From the NCBI RefSeq assembly GCF_009914755.1, contig NC_060929.1: DNA of 64,000 nucleotides, one strand, 5' to 3'. This document shows positions 1 to 19,942 of the stretch, in pieces. The stretch is from the human T2T-CHM13v2.0 reference genome, Homo sapiens. Under the pieces are notes generated by a model. It did no database searches. It was not told where the DNA came from and saw nothing but the letters and a program-made list of their open reading frames with translations. A program made the translations under genes and the position numbers. Numbering within the stretch: the stretch's first letter is position 1; each line of letters opens with the position of its first letter.

Positions 1-467
1 CATAATGGAAGAAGAAAAGGTGTTGAGTCAGGAAGTTACAGTTAGATTAGTACAGAGCCATTGAACTAACCATAAATGGACACTTAATAGCCATTCCTTT
101 AATCTAGAGACCCTTCTGACTTGTGGAAGCAAAAGGAAGCAGTGCTGACACCCACAAGAATTTAAGGAACTGTAAAACTAGAATTTGTTCACATGTTTCA
201 TTTCTATGTCTCCTGAAGCTGTCCAATGGCAAGTATTGGGATGGAAAACTCTGTAAACCTGTATCAAAGACTTTGTAAAAATATTGGGGTGACTTAAGAT
301 CTTGACAAAGAGAAGGCTGGTGAGCATCTGTTGAACAGCATGAGCCTTTGGAAGGGGTACTTTTGTAAAGAACATCTTTAAACTTTTTAAAAACATTTTG
401 TATTATTTGTTAGAATTATTTTCTGAGATCAAGATATCAGTCTAGCTTATCATTGCCAAAGTCGTGG

Positions 468-1283
<816 letters not shown>

Positions 1284-2089
1284 TTATAAAAGTGTTTTTC
1301 CATGGCATTTTTATAGTAGAGTTTTTTAAAAAATACTTTTACATTTAAATCTTTTGATCCATCTAGAATTTGTTTTGGTAAGGTATTGGTCTGACTTTTT
1401 TCCCCCTGAGATGGTTATATAGTTGTCCAACATCATTTATTTAATAATACAATAACTGTTTTTGATATGGCACTTTTATCAGATGCTAAATTTCTATATA
1501 TATTGGGGTTATTTCTAGTCTTCTGTTTCATTGATATATCTGTCATTCGTGTGCCAATACCATGCTGTCTTAATTTGTTTATAGATTTGTAAGTATGCTA
1601 ATTTCTGATAAGGTATCTTTGATATGTTTTCTTTAGGTGCTGTTTTGTCATGGGTCTGTCTATTCTTATGCAAATAATTAAAGTATTTTTACTTTATTTA
1701 GTGACAGATTTAACCATATTATATTTTTCTTTATTAAAATTTTTCATGGAAATTAGGATGAAGTAATGGATTATGGGTACACTGTAATTTACCTAATTAT
1801 ATCTAGTGTGGTATATTTAGTTGCTTCCTATTTTATTATTATAACTAATGCTACAAAGGTTATCTTAGTCATAAAACTCCTACTATGTTTAGGATTATTT
1901 ACTTAATGTAACAGCATAGAAGTGAAATTTTTGGGTCAGTGATTGTGAACATATTTAAAGCTCAATATTTATTGCCACGTTGCTTTTCAAACAGATCATA
2001 TTGGTTTAGACTGCTATATATACACACACATATATATATAAATGTTGTATTACAGTTTTATTTTTACTTTATTTTTATTACCTTTTTAG

Positions 2090-2221
2090 GTTTCTTGTGA
2101 TCAGCCCTTACTGAAAGAAGGATATAAAAGTGCCCAAAAGCGGGCCCCTCAAGGGGAGGCAACCACAGTCTCTGAATATTTCTTCAATGATATCTTCATT
2201 GAAGTGGATGAAACAGAATAA
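2090..2221 (+). CDS. BDP1: BDP1 (TFIIIB B'' subunit) terminal coding exon
   Basis: Pyrimidine tract and ttttag|G acceptor at 2089/2090. Translates VSCDQPLLKEGYKSAQKRAPQGEATTVSEYFFNDIFIEVDETE*, recognised as the BDP1 C-terminus. Position directly upstream of MCCC2 fits. Confidence 0.9.
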   Translation, partial: VSCDQPLLKEGYKSAQKRAPQGEATTVSEYFFNDIFIEVDETE

Positions 2222-2680
2222 AACAATCTTTTCTCTTTTTCTTTTTTAAATTAGGTCTAGGATTTCCAGAGTCAATTACATCAACAAAACAGTATTTAGA
2301 GCAAAATATCACTGTCTTATTTTTCTTTAGGTTGATTTTGAATACTTAATGAGCTTGATTTGAAGCTTTTATAATCAGTGGAAAACATTTCTGAGGTTCC
2401 TTTCATTCTGACTGATTCAGCATTTTGCAAATAGCAAGCAATTAAGACTGCTTTCTCAGACAGAAATAACAACTCTTGTTTACATTTTGACTCTTCCTGT
2501 GCTAAGCACACATGGACATTTGGGAATGTTGTGGATATATGTCTCTGTATGAATTGCAGTGCAGACAGATTTGGGGGTTAATTGTATCATATTTAACATT
2601 TAGCAACTTCTTTTGTGAAGATTTTTTATTTTTAGGGGGAGATGATGAAGGATGAAGGCTTTTTCATTTGCTTCTAAGTA

Positions 2681-3063
2681 CAGTCATGTATCACATAATG
2701 AAGTTTAAGTCAATGATGGACCACATATATTACAGTGGTCCCATGCAATTAAAATGGAGATAAATTCCTATCAACTAGTGACATTATAGCCATCATAACA
2801 CAGTGCATTGCTTTTTTATGTTTAGATATGTTTAGATACACAAATACTTACTATTGTGTTACAACTGCCTACAGTATTCAGCATAGTAACACATTGTAGA
2901 GGTTTGTAGCCGAGGAGCAATAGGCTATACCACATAGCCTCAGTCTGTACGGTGTGTAGCAGCCTGTACCATCTCAGTGTTTGTAAGTACACTCTGCGTT
3001 GTTTCACACAAGATCACCTAACAAGGCAATTCTTAGAACATGTAGTTAAGGGACACGTGACTA
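2681..3063. mobile_element. Tigger3-type (Tc1/mariner-pogo) non-autonomous DNA transposon in the BDP1 3' UTR
   Basis: CAGTCATG...CGTGACTA degenerate terminal inverted repeats flanked by TA. Internal sequence resembles Tigger3a. Confidence 0.75.
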
Positions 3064-3884
3064 TATGTGAAAACAAATTGTCAAACTTCACTTTAGTATG
3101 GCAAATGTTAAAGAACTTTTCTATTATCAGCTGTTTGTCTGACTGAAAAATACATATTTTTCTAATTCATGGTGATGTAACATTAGTCCTAATTGAAAAA
3201 CTAGTATTTAAACATAATTATTTATAAAGATGACACATCAAAGGGCTTATTTATTTTTAAATTTTTTATTTAAAAGGATATTCAGTTTTAGCTATTTTTA
3301 CCCCTCAGATTGTAGATAAAGAAGGCATTAAATTTATGTTTGTCTCCTTTTTCTGTTTAATTTTAAAGATATTTAAAATGATATAACTAAAAATGTTTAG
3401 CTGGTGTATATGTTTTGAATACCTTTTTCCCCTCAGTTTAGTATATTGACTTTGTACTGTAAATTTTTCTGCTTTTCTTGGATAATCTCAGGATTTTCAT
3501 GAGGATAGGGGGAACTCAACTTTATTTATGAGACAAAATTTCCATACAAAGCTCAATCTCCTTTATACACCCACAGACATAATATTAGTTTTTAAAAAGC
3601 CAATTTCTTCATAGTTTTTTCCCATTAAATTCTCAAGGAACACTTGGATCTTTAAGCACGGAACATAATCATGATGTTAAAAACAGAGAAAATAAGGCTT
3701 TATAAAGTTAATGATTATCATCAGTATGAATTTAAGGTTTGTTTTAATTTCAAGATTTGATTTTTTATACGTGTAATTCTATTATCTACCCAAGCAGATC
3801 TGTAGTGGTTCCAATTAGACTTCTCAAACAGCAAATTTATCCTGATTTTATTTGAAAAGCCTCTTGGATTGATAGTATAGTAGC

Positions 3885-4040
3885 TCAGGCATTGGAAACT
3901 TTCTGCAAACTGTTTTGGGTTTGCAGGCCAGATGGTCTCTGTGGCAGCTACTCAGCTCTGCAATTTCAGTGTGAAAGAAGCCATAGACAGTACTTGAATG
4001 AAGGACTGTGGCTGGATTGGCCTTTTAGTTTGACCCCCTA
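3885..4040. mobile_element. MER58A-like hAT-Charlie MITE fragment
   Basis: tttgcaggccagatggtctctgtggcagctactcagctctgc...gaagccatagac motif. Confidence 0.65.
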
Positions 4041-5135
4041 CATTAGGCCCCAAATTTTCTTACCCTGAGGTGCTGATATCTGTATGGATGAGTTATTTGT
4101 CACTAAAGTTATGAGTTGTGCCTAAAAGTTAAAACTGTTGACTGTATTATGTAATGATCAGTATTTCAGTTGGGAAGATATTTTAGAGTCTAGATAATTA
4201 TGTTTGTATATTGAAAAAATGGTGGCCAGTTTTTAAGTTCCTTAATAGAAGAGAATTATGTCTCAGCACATATAACAGTAATGCTAATTTATTGAAACTA
4301 CTGCTGTTAGAGCACTTCTTATTCATTGTCTTTTAGTGAAATTTATGGCGTAACACTTTGTCAGAGAGGAGGCTATATAATTCGGAGCGGAAATTGTCTA
4401 TAAGTAGGCATTTATTTCATGATTGATATGTCACAGAAATCATGGTAGTAAATCACATTGCTATTTGAATACCCTGTTTTTGTAAGTTTTTAAAACTCAT
4501 ATTCTGAAAAGATTTCATTCTCTTAGTGTTAGCTTGGGAGTTAGATTGCCATGATTAAACTATTATTTATCCTTGTGTAATATTAGTTTTTAACTTTAAC
4601 ATCTGTTTCTTTTTAATCTATAATGAGCTAGTTTTATGGAAAATGGAATTTCTTACTATATAAAGAATACAGAGACTCATTGTATTAGAGAATCAAGTCA
4701 GCCAGCTAAAGTATCCTACTGTTAAATCCTTAAACCTAATTTTGGAAAAGAGAAAGTTAATCAATGTATTTACCTTACATGTTGGAAAGAACTATGTTAG
4801 GTCTGATTCATGTGAAGAAGATGTTGCAAAGGATTTATTTCACAAATTTTAAAGGAGATATGAGTAAAAGTTTTTATCTTTTCTTGACTTTTTCTCCTGA
4901 ACACTTATGTCTTAGCAAGTGGTCAACATGAGGATTTGAACGCCTAATTGTTGGTAAATGGTTGAGGCATGACAAAAATATTAATATCCACTGTTTACCA
5001 TCATGTTATTTGAAACAAAAGTGACCATGTATACTATCTTGCTTGAAGAAGTCTTTGACAGAAAAAGCAATATCATGTCATTTATAAATTGTCTTGTTCT
5101 AAAGAAAGCAGTTATATATATATATAAATTATGTA

Positions 5136-7170
<2,035 letters not shown>

Positions 7171-7249
7171 GTGTAACACCAACACCAACACACAAAACAA
7201 AAAAATGTGAAACATTGTTCATTCGGACCTGTCTGACTTGAACAGCTGG

Positions 7250-8230
7250 CCAAGCTGGTGAATCAAATGGAAATGTAGTAGGAATCAACAGATCCCACTC
7301 ACTATGTGGGTCAGAGAATGGGGGTGGTTTAAACCTTCTACTTGGCCTTTCCTTAATGCCTTATCTCATGGGTTAAGGAAACTGTGTGATGATTCTGCTA
7401 TATCCTACTTCTGTGTATTCTGGGACTGAGGAAATAATTACAGGATGGGCTCCTGTGAGAAGTCAGACCAAGAATCCATCTTTCACGCAACCTCCATTAG
7501 CCTTCACTCTGAAAACTGGATCACAGAGGCTTTTAAGGTCTCTGGAAATCAGTATAATTTCAGAGTCACTATCTTAATAACCGTGAAATAGCTGAGTATT
7601 TTTGTTTCCCCAGTGCAAAGACCCTGATGAATAACCATAGTTCTCTCTGCAGAAGGCTTGGGGGAAGATTTATGGTATACCCATGAAGCCACAATTACAA
7701 AATCCTTCCTCAGAGGCTCCCATCTGCCCCCTCAGTCAAGGGACTTTGGGTCTATAACCTGATTTATTTAGTCTGGAAACTGGATATGAGGCTCTCTCCA
7801 CTATGGAGACTTGAGTTTGGTTCTTGCACAACAGACCTAGAATTGTTTTGTCTATAGGTGTCATGCAACACTTTAGAAGGCTGTCAGTCTAACAGGAACC
7901 TTGGGATCAATTAGCCATCATCACAGATCCCCACATGTAAAAATACACTATGTCAATCCTTTGCTATGGCTTATTACAGTAATTGTGCCTACCTGGTCTA
8001 AAACAGTTCGGCATTGCTGCCTGGCTTCTTCCAGTATTCCCAATGAGGTCAAGGGGCCTAATTCCTTGGCAGTACCTCTCACCATCATCTCCAGTCTGCA
8101 AAGGACAACCATCATAGTGGCTGCATCAGCTCTTTAAAGAGGCTGATGCTTCTGTTACCAAGACTTTAAAGAAAAGAGTGTCCTCCAAGCCCTCTTGGGA
8201 GTTATGGTTAGGGGGTGTCTGAATAAGATG
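7250..8230 (-). mobile_element. Old ERVL/MaLR-like internal fragment
   Basis: Reverse complement resembles degenerate ERVL/MLT-int gag-region sequence (ggcttggaggacactc...gatggttgtcctttgcag). No intact ORF. Confidence 0.4.
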
Positions 8231-8237
8231 CACATAA

Positions 8238-8783
<546 letters not shown>

Positions 8784-9236
8784 CCTGGAACCAGTTTTTC
8801 TCAGATACCCAGGGACAACTGTGAATCCATTCCAACATCCTCATTTTCCTGAGTCTTCAGATGGCTTCCTGTACATGGCTTCCTCTGTATAGTAGTGAGC
8901 ATCAGAATCACCTTGGAGGGCTTATTAAACACGGATTGCTGGGCCCCAATCCTGAAGTTTATTTATTTTAATTAATTATTTATTTATTTTTGAGATGGAG
9001 TTTTGCTCTTGTTGCCCAGGCTGGAGGCAATGGCAAGATCTCAACTCACTCCAACCTCCACCTCCTAGGTTCAAGAAATTCTCCTGCCTCAGCCTCCCGA
9101 GTAGCTGGAACTACAGGCATGCCCCACTATTTTGTATTTTTAGTAGAGGTGGGGTTTCACCATGTCGGCCAGGTTGGTCTCGAACTCCTGACCTCAGCAG
9201 GTCCACCTGCCTCACCCTCCCAAAATGCTGGGAATA

Positions 9237-9718
9237 TGTTGGGAGCCGAAAAGGCCAAAGGGATTGTGACCAACTCAGCATTCCACTGGAGGCTACATGA
9301 TCAAAGAGCAAACTGTTTATCATGAATACAGAATGTGGGCAAACTCACTTCTGTGCCTGCCCCAGAAAGTTTGCTGAGGGCCATCGCTCCCTGGCCCCGG
9401 CTCCTTGAGGTTATCTACTGGGACGTCTAGAGCCTATTGTTCGAGGAATGCAGTCTTGCAAGCCTACTCTGGACTGAGCAGCTGACCTCTTCTTCCACAC
9501 CCCTTCTCACTATCTCTTTTGCCTAATAAATACAGAGGGCTGTGTAAAGCTCAGGGCCCTTGTTCACTAGAGACAAGGTGTCCCCTGACCCTTCTTCCAA
9601 ACATATTCTTTTGTCTCTTGTCTTTATTCCTGCATTCATCCCCCTTTGTTCAGTCCACCAGGGATCCTGGCAGGCTGCAAGTGGTGCCTCGAACAGCAAC
9701 AGAATCTGGTGCTTTACA
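9237..9718 (+). repeat. 5' LTR (LTR3 family, LTR3B-like length)
   Basis: Direct repeat of 15261-15741; by manual alignment 21 substitutions and 1 indel. AATAAATA at 9525. Confidence 0.92.
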
Positions 9719-9720
9719 AG

Positions 9721-9740
9721 TGGCGTCCAAACACAGGGGC
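9721..9740 (+). promoter_or_regulatory. Primer-binding site, degenerate tRNA-Lys type
   Basis: TGGCGTCCAAACACAGGGGC begins 2 nt after the LTR end; resembles the tRNA-Lys3 PBS TGGCGCCCGAACAGGGAC. Confidence 0.75.
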
Positions 9741-9917
9741 TTCGAGGATGTGAATGAAGAATGTCTGCTAGAGCAGAGGAACTGAAATTGACAAGGCGAA
9801 TGGGGACCCCGGGATGAGTCTGCTGGCAGCGGATATAAGGTCAGTGCCCTAAAAAGGTACTAGGAGCAGTGCTTTAAAGAAGTACTGGGAATGGGAAGTT
9901 TTCTGAATCAGGGTAAC

Positions 9918-11830
<1,913 letters not shown>

Positions 11831-12631
11831 GGAAATATAGGATTAGATCTACCCGCTAGAGAAAGAATCATGTTAGTTGGGGGAGACAAACCCATCAAAG
11901 TTCCCACTGGTATTTGTGGTCCTTTACCCACAGGATACATGGGACTAATTTTAGGCAAAAGCTGTCTTAACTTACAGGGCATTACTGTAGTCCCAGGAGT
12001 GATTGACTCTGATTATGAAGGAGAAATTCAAGTAGTTTTAATGTCACAAGATCTTTGGGTTTTTGAACTGGGAGAATATATTGCTCAATTATTGCTTATT
12101 CCCTGCAAATTACACCCTTCTCCACGAAAGGAGAAATGAGGAAATAAAGGGTTTGGGAGCACAACTACATGGGAAGTCTGTCCCAACCAGTAGCCTCTAA
12201 TAGACCCACCTGTGTAATACAAATTAAAGGAAAGAAATTTTATGGGCTTATGGATATGGGAGCTGATGTGTCAGTAATATCTAAAGACAATTGGCCCCCA
12301 TCCTGGCCCTTGCAATTAACTTCTGCATACTTACTGGGAGTAGAAACAGCTCAAAGTGTTCAACAAAGTGCTGAGATTTTACCTTGTCTTGGTCCGGATG
12401 GACAGTCTTGTACTTTTCAGCCTTATGTCGCAAATACAGCTATCAATTTATGGGGTCGAGACTTACAGCATGGGATATGAAACTTACAAATGAAAACTTT
12501 GATAACCCAGGATTTAAAATGTTGAAGAACATGGGATATCACAGTGGAAAAGGTCTGGGGAGGTTCCTACAATGAAACCCTAATCCAATATCAATAACTG
12601 GAAAAACAAATAGAAAAGGGCTAGGACCTCA

Positions 12632-13350
12632 GGATTTCTGATGGAGGTCATTGATATTTCTTCTCCACGCTCTGCCTTACCATTAGAATGGCTCAGTGAC
12701 AAACCCATATGGGTGGATCAATGGCCGCTATCTTGGGAGAAGCTGACGCAACTTCAGCAGCTAGTAAAAGAACAATTGGATGCAGGACACATAGAGGAGT
12801 CAGTTAGCCCCTGGAATTCTCCAGTGTTTGTTATTCCAAAAAAGTCCAGAAGTTGGTGACTGCTGCATGATTTAAGAGCTAGTAATGCAAAAATTCAACT
12901 GATGGGCACCTTACAGAAAGGTTTACCATCTCCAGCGGCTATTCCAAGAGACTGGCCTCTTGTAGTAATAGATCTTAAGGACTGTTTCTTTACTATACCC
13001 ATACATGAGAAGGATAAGCCTCAATTTGCCTTCTCTGTGCCTTCTATTAATCAAAGAGAACCTGTTTCTCATTATCAATGGAGAGTTTTACCCCAAGGCA
13101 TGCTTAACAGTCCTACGCTATGTCAGCATTTTGTAGGACAGGCATTAAAGGAGCCTCGGAATATGTTTCCTACTGCTTACATCATTCATTTTATGGCTGA
13201 TACTCTTTTGGCCGCTCCTACAGATCAAATATTGCATCAATTATTCAGAGAAGTAAAGTAAGCTCTTGTTAATTGGAATCTCAACATTGCTCCAGAGAAG
13301 GTACAAACAACTTCCCCATACCAATACTTAGGAACTATTGTTACAGAGAG
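12632..13350 (+). pseudogene. HML-6 pol remnant: N-terminal RT only; RNase H and integrase deleted
   Basis: [44 protein letters not shown]; YMDD degraded to FMAD; RT-like sequence ends at LGTIVTER. Confidence 0.9.
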
Positions 13351-15324
13351 AAGATCGACCAGAGTCACGACGACATCAACCCCCATAACCTGGGACAACT
13401 CAAGAAAACTACGCAGGAAGCTGAGAAACTACTGGAGTGTCAAGGCCAGACAAAAACCCCTGATTCCGTGTTCTTGGCCATGTTAGCCATAATATCCTGT
13501 GCAGTATGTTTTTCCTGTGCAGAGGCAAAAACATATTGGGCATATGTTCCCAAGCCCCCAGCAGTATGACCCATACTTTGGAGTGACACTCCTCCTAAGA
13601 TTTATCATGATTAAGGAGCATGGGCTCCAGGACCCCTAACTCCACCTGACATAGAACAGTTAGACTCTCAGAATAATGTCATTAATTATACCGCTCCATT
13701 GGAAGGACTTCCTTTGTGTGTCACCACAAAGACATCACTCAGCCATAGCTGTCTTACAGTTCAAGCTCACACATGGTTGAGTCACTATGGGAAAATCATG
13801 TACTTATTAAGTCTTGGTTATATTAATGTAACCGGTGTGCTAACCAACCATTCCTGGCCCAATCGCCTTCATTGTGCTGACTATACAGAATGGATTCCCT
13901 TCAATAGTTCCTACCCCCCTCCATAGACCCAGTGTCTTGGCCCACTGGCTAGAAAACAATCTATGTTAACTGGAGACATTGTGGATTGGGGACCTAAAGG
14001 CCAATTAGATGGAAAAGAAGAAAATCAGAAATCGTGGCACAAACTTTGCTGGCATTGGTGGCAAGCTTTTAATGCTTCTTCTTTATATAACACTGGGATC
14101 CAATCCCAGTCGGCCGCCCAGATTGCTTGGCATGGAGCAGGCTTTAGCCCGCCTCTTCCTCAGTGGCATTATCTAGGGAGGAAAGGACCAATTCAAAAGA
14201 TGATATGGAAGGCAGCATTCCCATTTATGAATGGCAACATCTGGGTTGCCATAATACTATCCAATAATAGCAATAGTAAGCAACACAGTCTTAATGTTAC
14301 ATTTGTAAAGAATATCACCACTCAATTTACAGTTTGTGTTTTTAATCCTTATGTGTTTTTGGCAGCTAAGAAGGACCAGCTCCAGGTAAACAATACCCAA
14401 TTGACCTGTAAATCTTGCCAGTTATATCACTGCATTAATCATAGCACATTGCAAACACATAATATCTCTACTTTGATGATTTTAGGTTGCATCCCTGGGC
14501 TATGGATTCCTGTTAATCTGTCTGAGCCATGGGCTGCCACAATTGCTTTACATTTTGTGAAACTTCTTCTAACTCAGTTTACTCATTGTGTCCGTAGAGG
14601 CTTAGGCATGATAATTTTTGCTATTGTTTACTTGGTCACACTAATAATTTCTGTTGTGATGTCCTCTGTAGCTTTGCATAGTTCTATTCAAACAGCTCAG
14701 TATGTGGAGAACTGGACACGCACAGTCAACCAAGGGTGGCTACTTGAGAATAAAATTAACACTGAGTTACAAACTGAAGTGGCAGTGTTATAATCCACGA
14801 TTCTATGGTTAGGGGAACAAGTACAAAGCTTGCAATTGCAGCAGTAATTGTGTTGTCATTTTAATCACACTCATATTTGTGTAACCAACTTAGAATATAA
14901 CCAAAGTGAGTATCCATGGGATCTTGTGAAAGCCCATTTGCAGGGAGCTTTCACATCCGACATCACCTTTGATATTGGTGAATTACAAAACAAAATTCTT
15001 GATTTAAATAAACAAATTCCAGAGTTTCAGCCTTCTTTAGAAGACTGGACTGAATTCCAGCAAGGCCTGGAGAGCGTCAACCCTTGGACCTATCTAAAGC
15101 ACCACATTAACATCTTATATATAGTTCTTGGAATAATGTTGTTTTGTCTCTGTCTTCTGTTCATAGTCTGTAAAATCGGATGGACTGCCAATCGGAGAAT
15201 GAAAGCTACCCAGCCTGGCCTTACATTCTTTCACTTAATACATAAACAAGAAGGGGGAAATGTTGGGAGCCAAAAAGGCCAAAGGGATGGTGACCAACTC
15301 AGCATTCCACTGGAGGCTACATGA
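13351..15324 (+). pseudogene. HML-6 env remnant (signal peptide/Rec region, SU, TM)
   Basis: GQLKKTTQEAEKLL...YWAYVPKPP, IVDWGPKG, WIPVNL, degenerate furin site CVRR|GLGMII, beta-type CX7C (CHFNHTHIC) and a TM helix. Five in-frame stops. Confidence 0.92.
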
Positions 15325-15741
15325 TCAAACAGCAAACTGTTTATCATGAATACAGAATGTGGGCAAACTCGCTTCTGTGCCTGCCCAGAAGGTTTGCTGA
15401 GGGCCATCGCTCCCTGGCCCCGGCTCCTTGAGGTTATCTACTGGGACATCTAGAGCCTATTGTTCGAGGAATGCAGTCTTGCAAGCCTACTCTGGACCGA
15501 GCAGCTGACCTCTTCTTCCACACCCCTTCTCACTATCTCTTTTGCCTAATAAATATGGAGGGCTGTGTAAAGCTCAGGGCCCTTGTCCACTAGAGGCAAG
15601 GTGTCCCCTGACCCTTCTTCCAAACATACTCTTTTGTCTCTTGTCTTTATTCCCGCATTCATCCCCCTTTGTTCAGTCCACCATGGATCCTGGCAGACTA
15701 CAAGTGGCGCCTCGAACAGCGACAGAATTAGGTGCTCTACA
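15261..15741 (+). repeat. 3' LTR (LTR3 family)
   Basis: Follows the polypurine tract; direct repeat of the 5' LTR; ends ...gctctaCA before the TSD. Confidence 0.92.
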
Positions 15742-16019
15742 GGATTACAGGCATGAGCCACCACTATGGGCCCCAATCCTGAAGTTTATGATTCAGCAGA
15801 TCAGCCTGGGGCCTAAGAATGAGCATTTCTAACAAGTTCCTGGGTGAGGCTGATGCCACTGGCCTGTGAGCACGATTTGAGAATCACTGTTTTATAGCAG
15901 ATTCTCAAACTTGGCTGCCTACTGGAATCACCTGAGATGTTTAAAAGAATACTCATTCCTAGGTTCCAACATCAGAAATGATCATTTAACTGGTATGGAG
16001 TGCTTGGCTTGGGATTCCT

Positions 16020-18208
<2,189 letters not shown>

Positions 18209-18292
18209 ACATCTTATATAATCCTAGTACAATGATGAAAACCAGGAAATTGACATGTGCGCAATACTATTAACTAAAGATTTTATTCAAAT

Positions 18293-18963
<671 letters not shown>

Positions 18964-19444
18964 TGAAATTTTATCCCATGTATAGGTTTATGTAACATCA
19001 CCACAGTCAGGGTACAGAGCTGTTCCATCACCCCGAAAGTCACTCTCATGCTGTCAATTATAGTCATTCCCTCCTCCAGCTCTAACCCTTGACAACCACT
19101 TATCTGTTCTCCACTACAACTTTTTTTTTTTTTTTTTGGTCACCTAGGCTGGAGTGCACAGCTCATGGCAGCCTTGACCTCCCATGCTCAAGCAATCCTC
19201 CCATCTCAGCCTCCCAAGCAGCTGGGACCACAGGTGCATGCCACCACGCTCAGCTGTTTTTTTGAAAAAAGTTTCTGTAGAGACTGGGTTTTGCTATGTT
19301 GCCCAGGTTAGTCTCCAACTCCTGGGCTCAGGCGATCCCCCACCCCTGCCTTGGCCTCCCAGAGCGCTGAGATTACAGGCATGAGCCACCATGCTGGGCC
19401 CACAACTTTTCATTTCATTAAAATGGGATCATACAGTATGTAAC

Positions 19445-19725
19445 TGTGCAATAAAGGGTTAATTCAGCAGGTTTGGGTTGTACACATTCCAAAGAAGGAA
19501 CTGACACTTGACCAGTTCCTTAACCTATAAGCCCTTGAAATAAATGTCCTGCCTTTTAAGAGTTTTTGTATACCTGGGGCCTTCAGCCATGACAGATAGT
19601 TTATGCTAATTTTATGCTGATTTAAAACTGTATCCTTTCACTGTAATAAGCCATAACTGAACATAGCTTTTCTGAGTTCTGTGAGTCTTTCTAGTTAATC
19701 ATTAAGCTTAAAAGTGGTCTTGGAT
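19445..19725 (+). mobile_element. MER77/MER68-like ERVL LTR fragment
   Basis: Starts tgtgcaataaagggttaattcagcagg; contains ttctgagttctgtgagtc. Confidence 0.5.
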
Positions 19726-19759
19726 AACCTTTAGAGATTGTGCTTTACATAAAATCTAA

Positions 19760-19942
<183 letters not shown>

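Noticed and set aside
1-63. Short open stretch IMEEEKVLSQEVTVRLVQSH* at the window start
   Set aside because: Upstream context is missing, so it cannot be distinguished from chance or tied to a BDP1 isoform.
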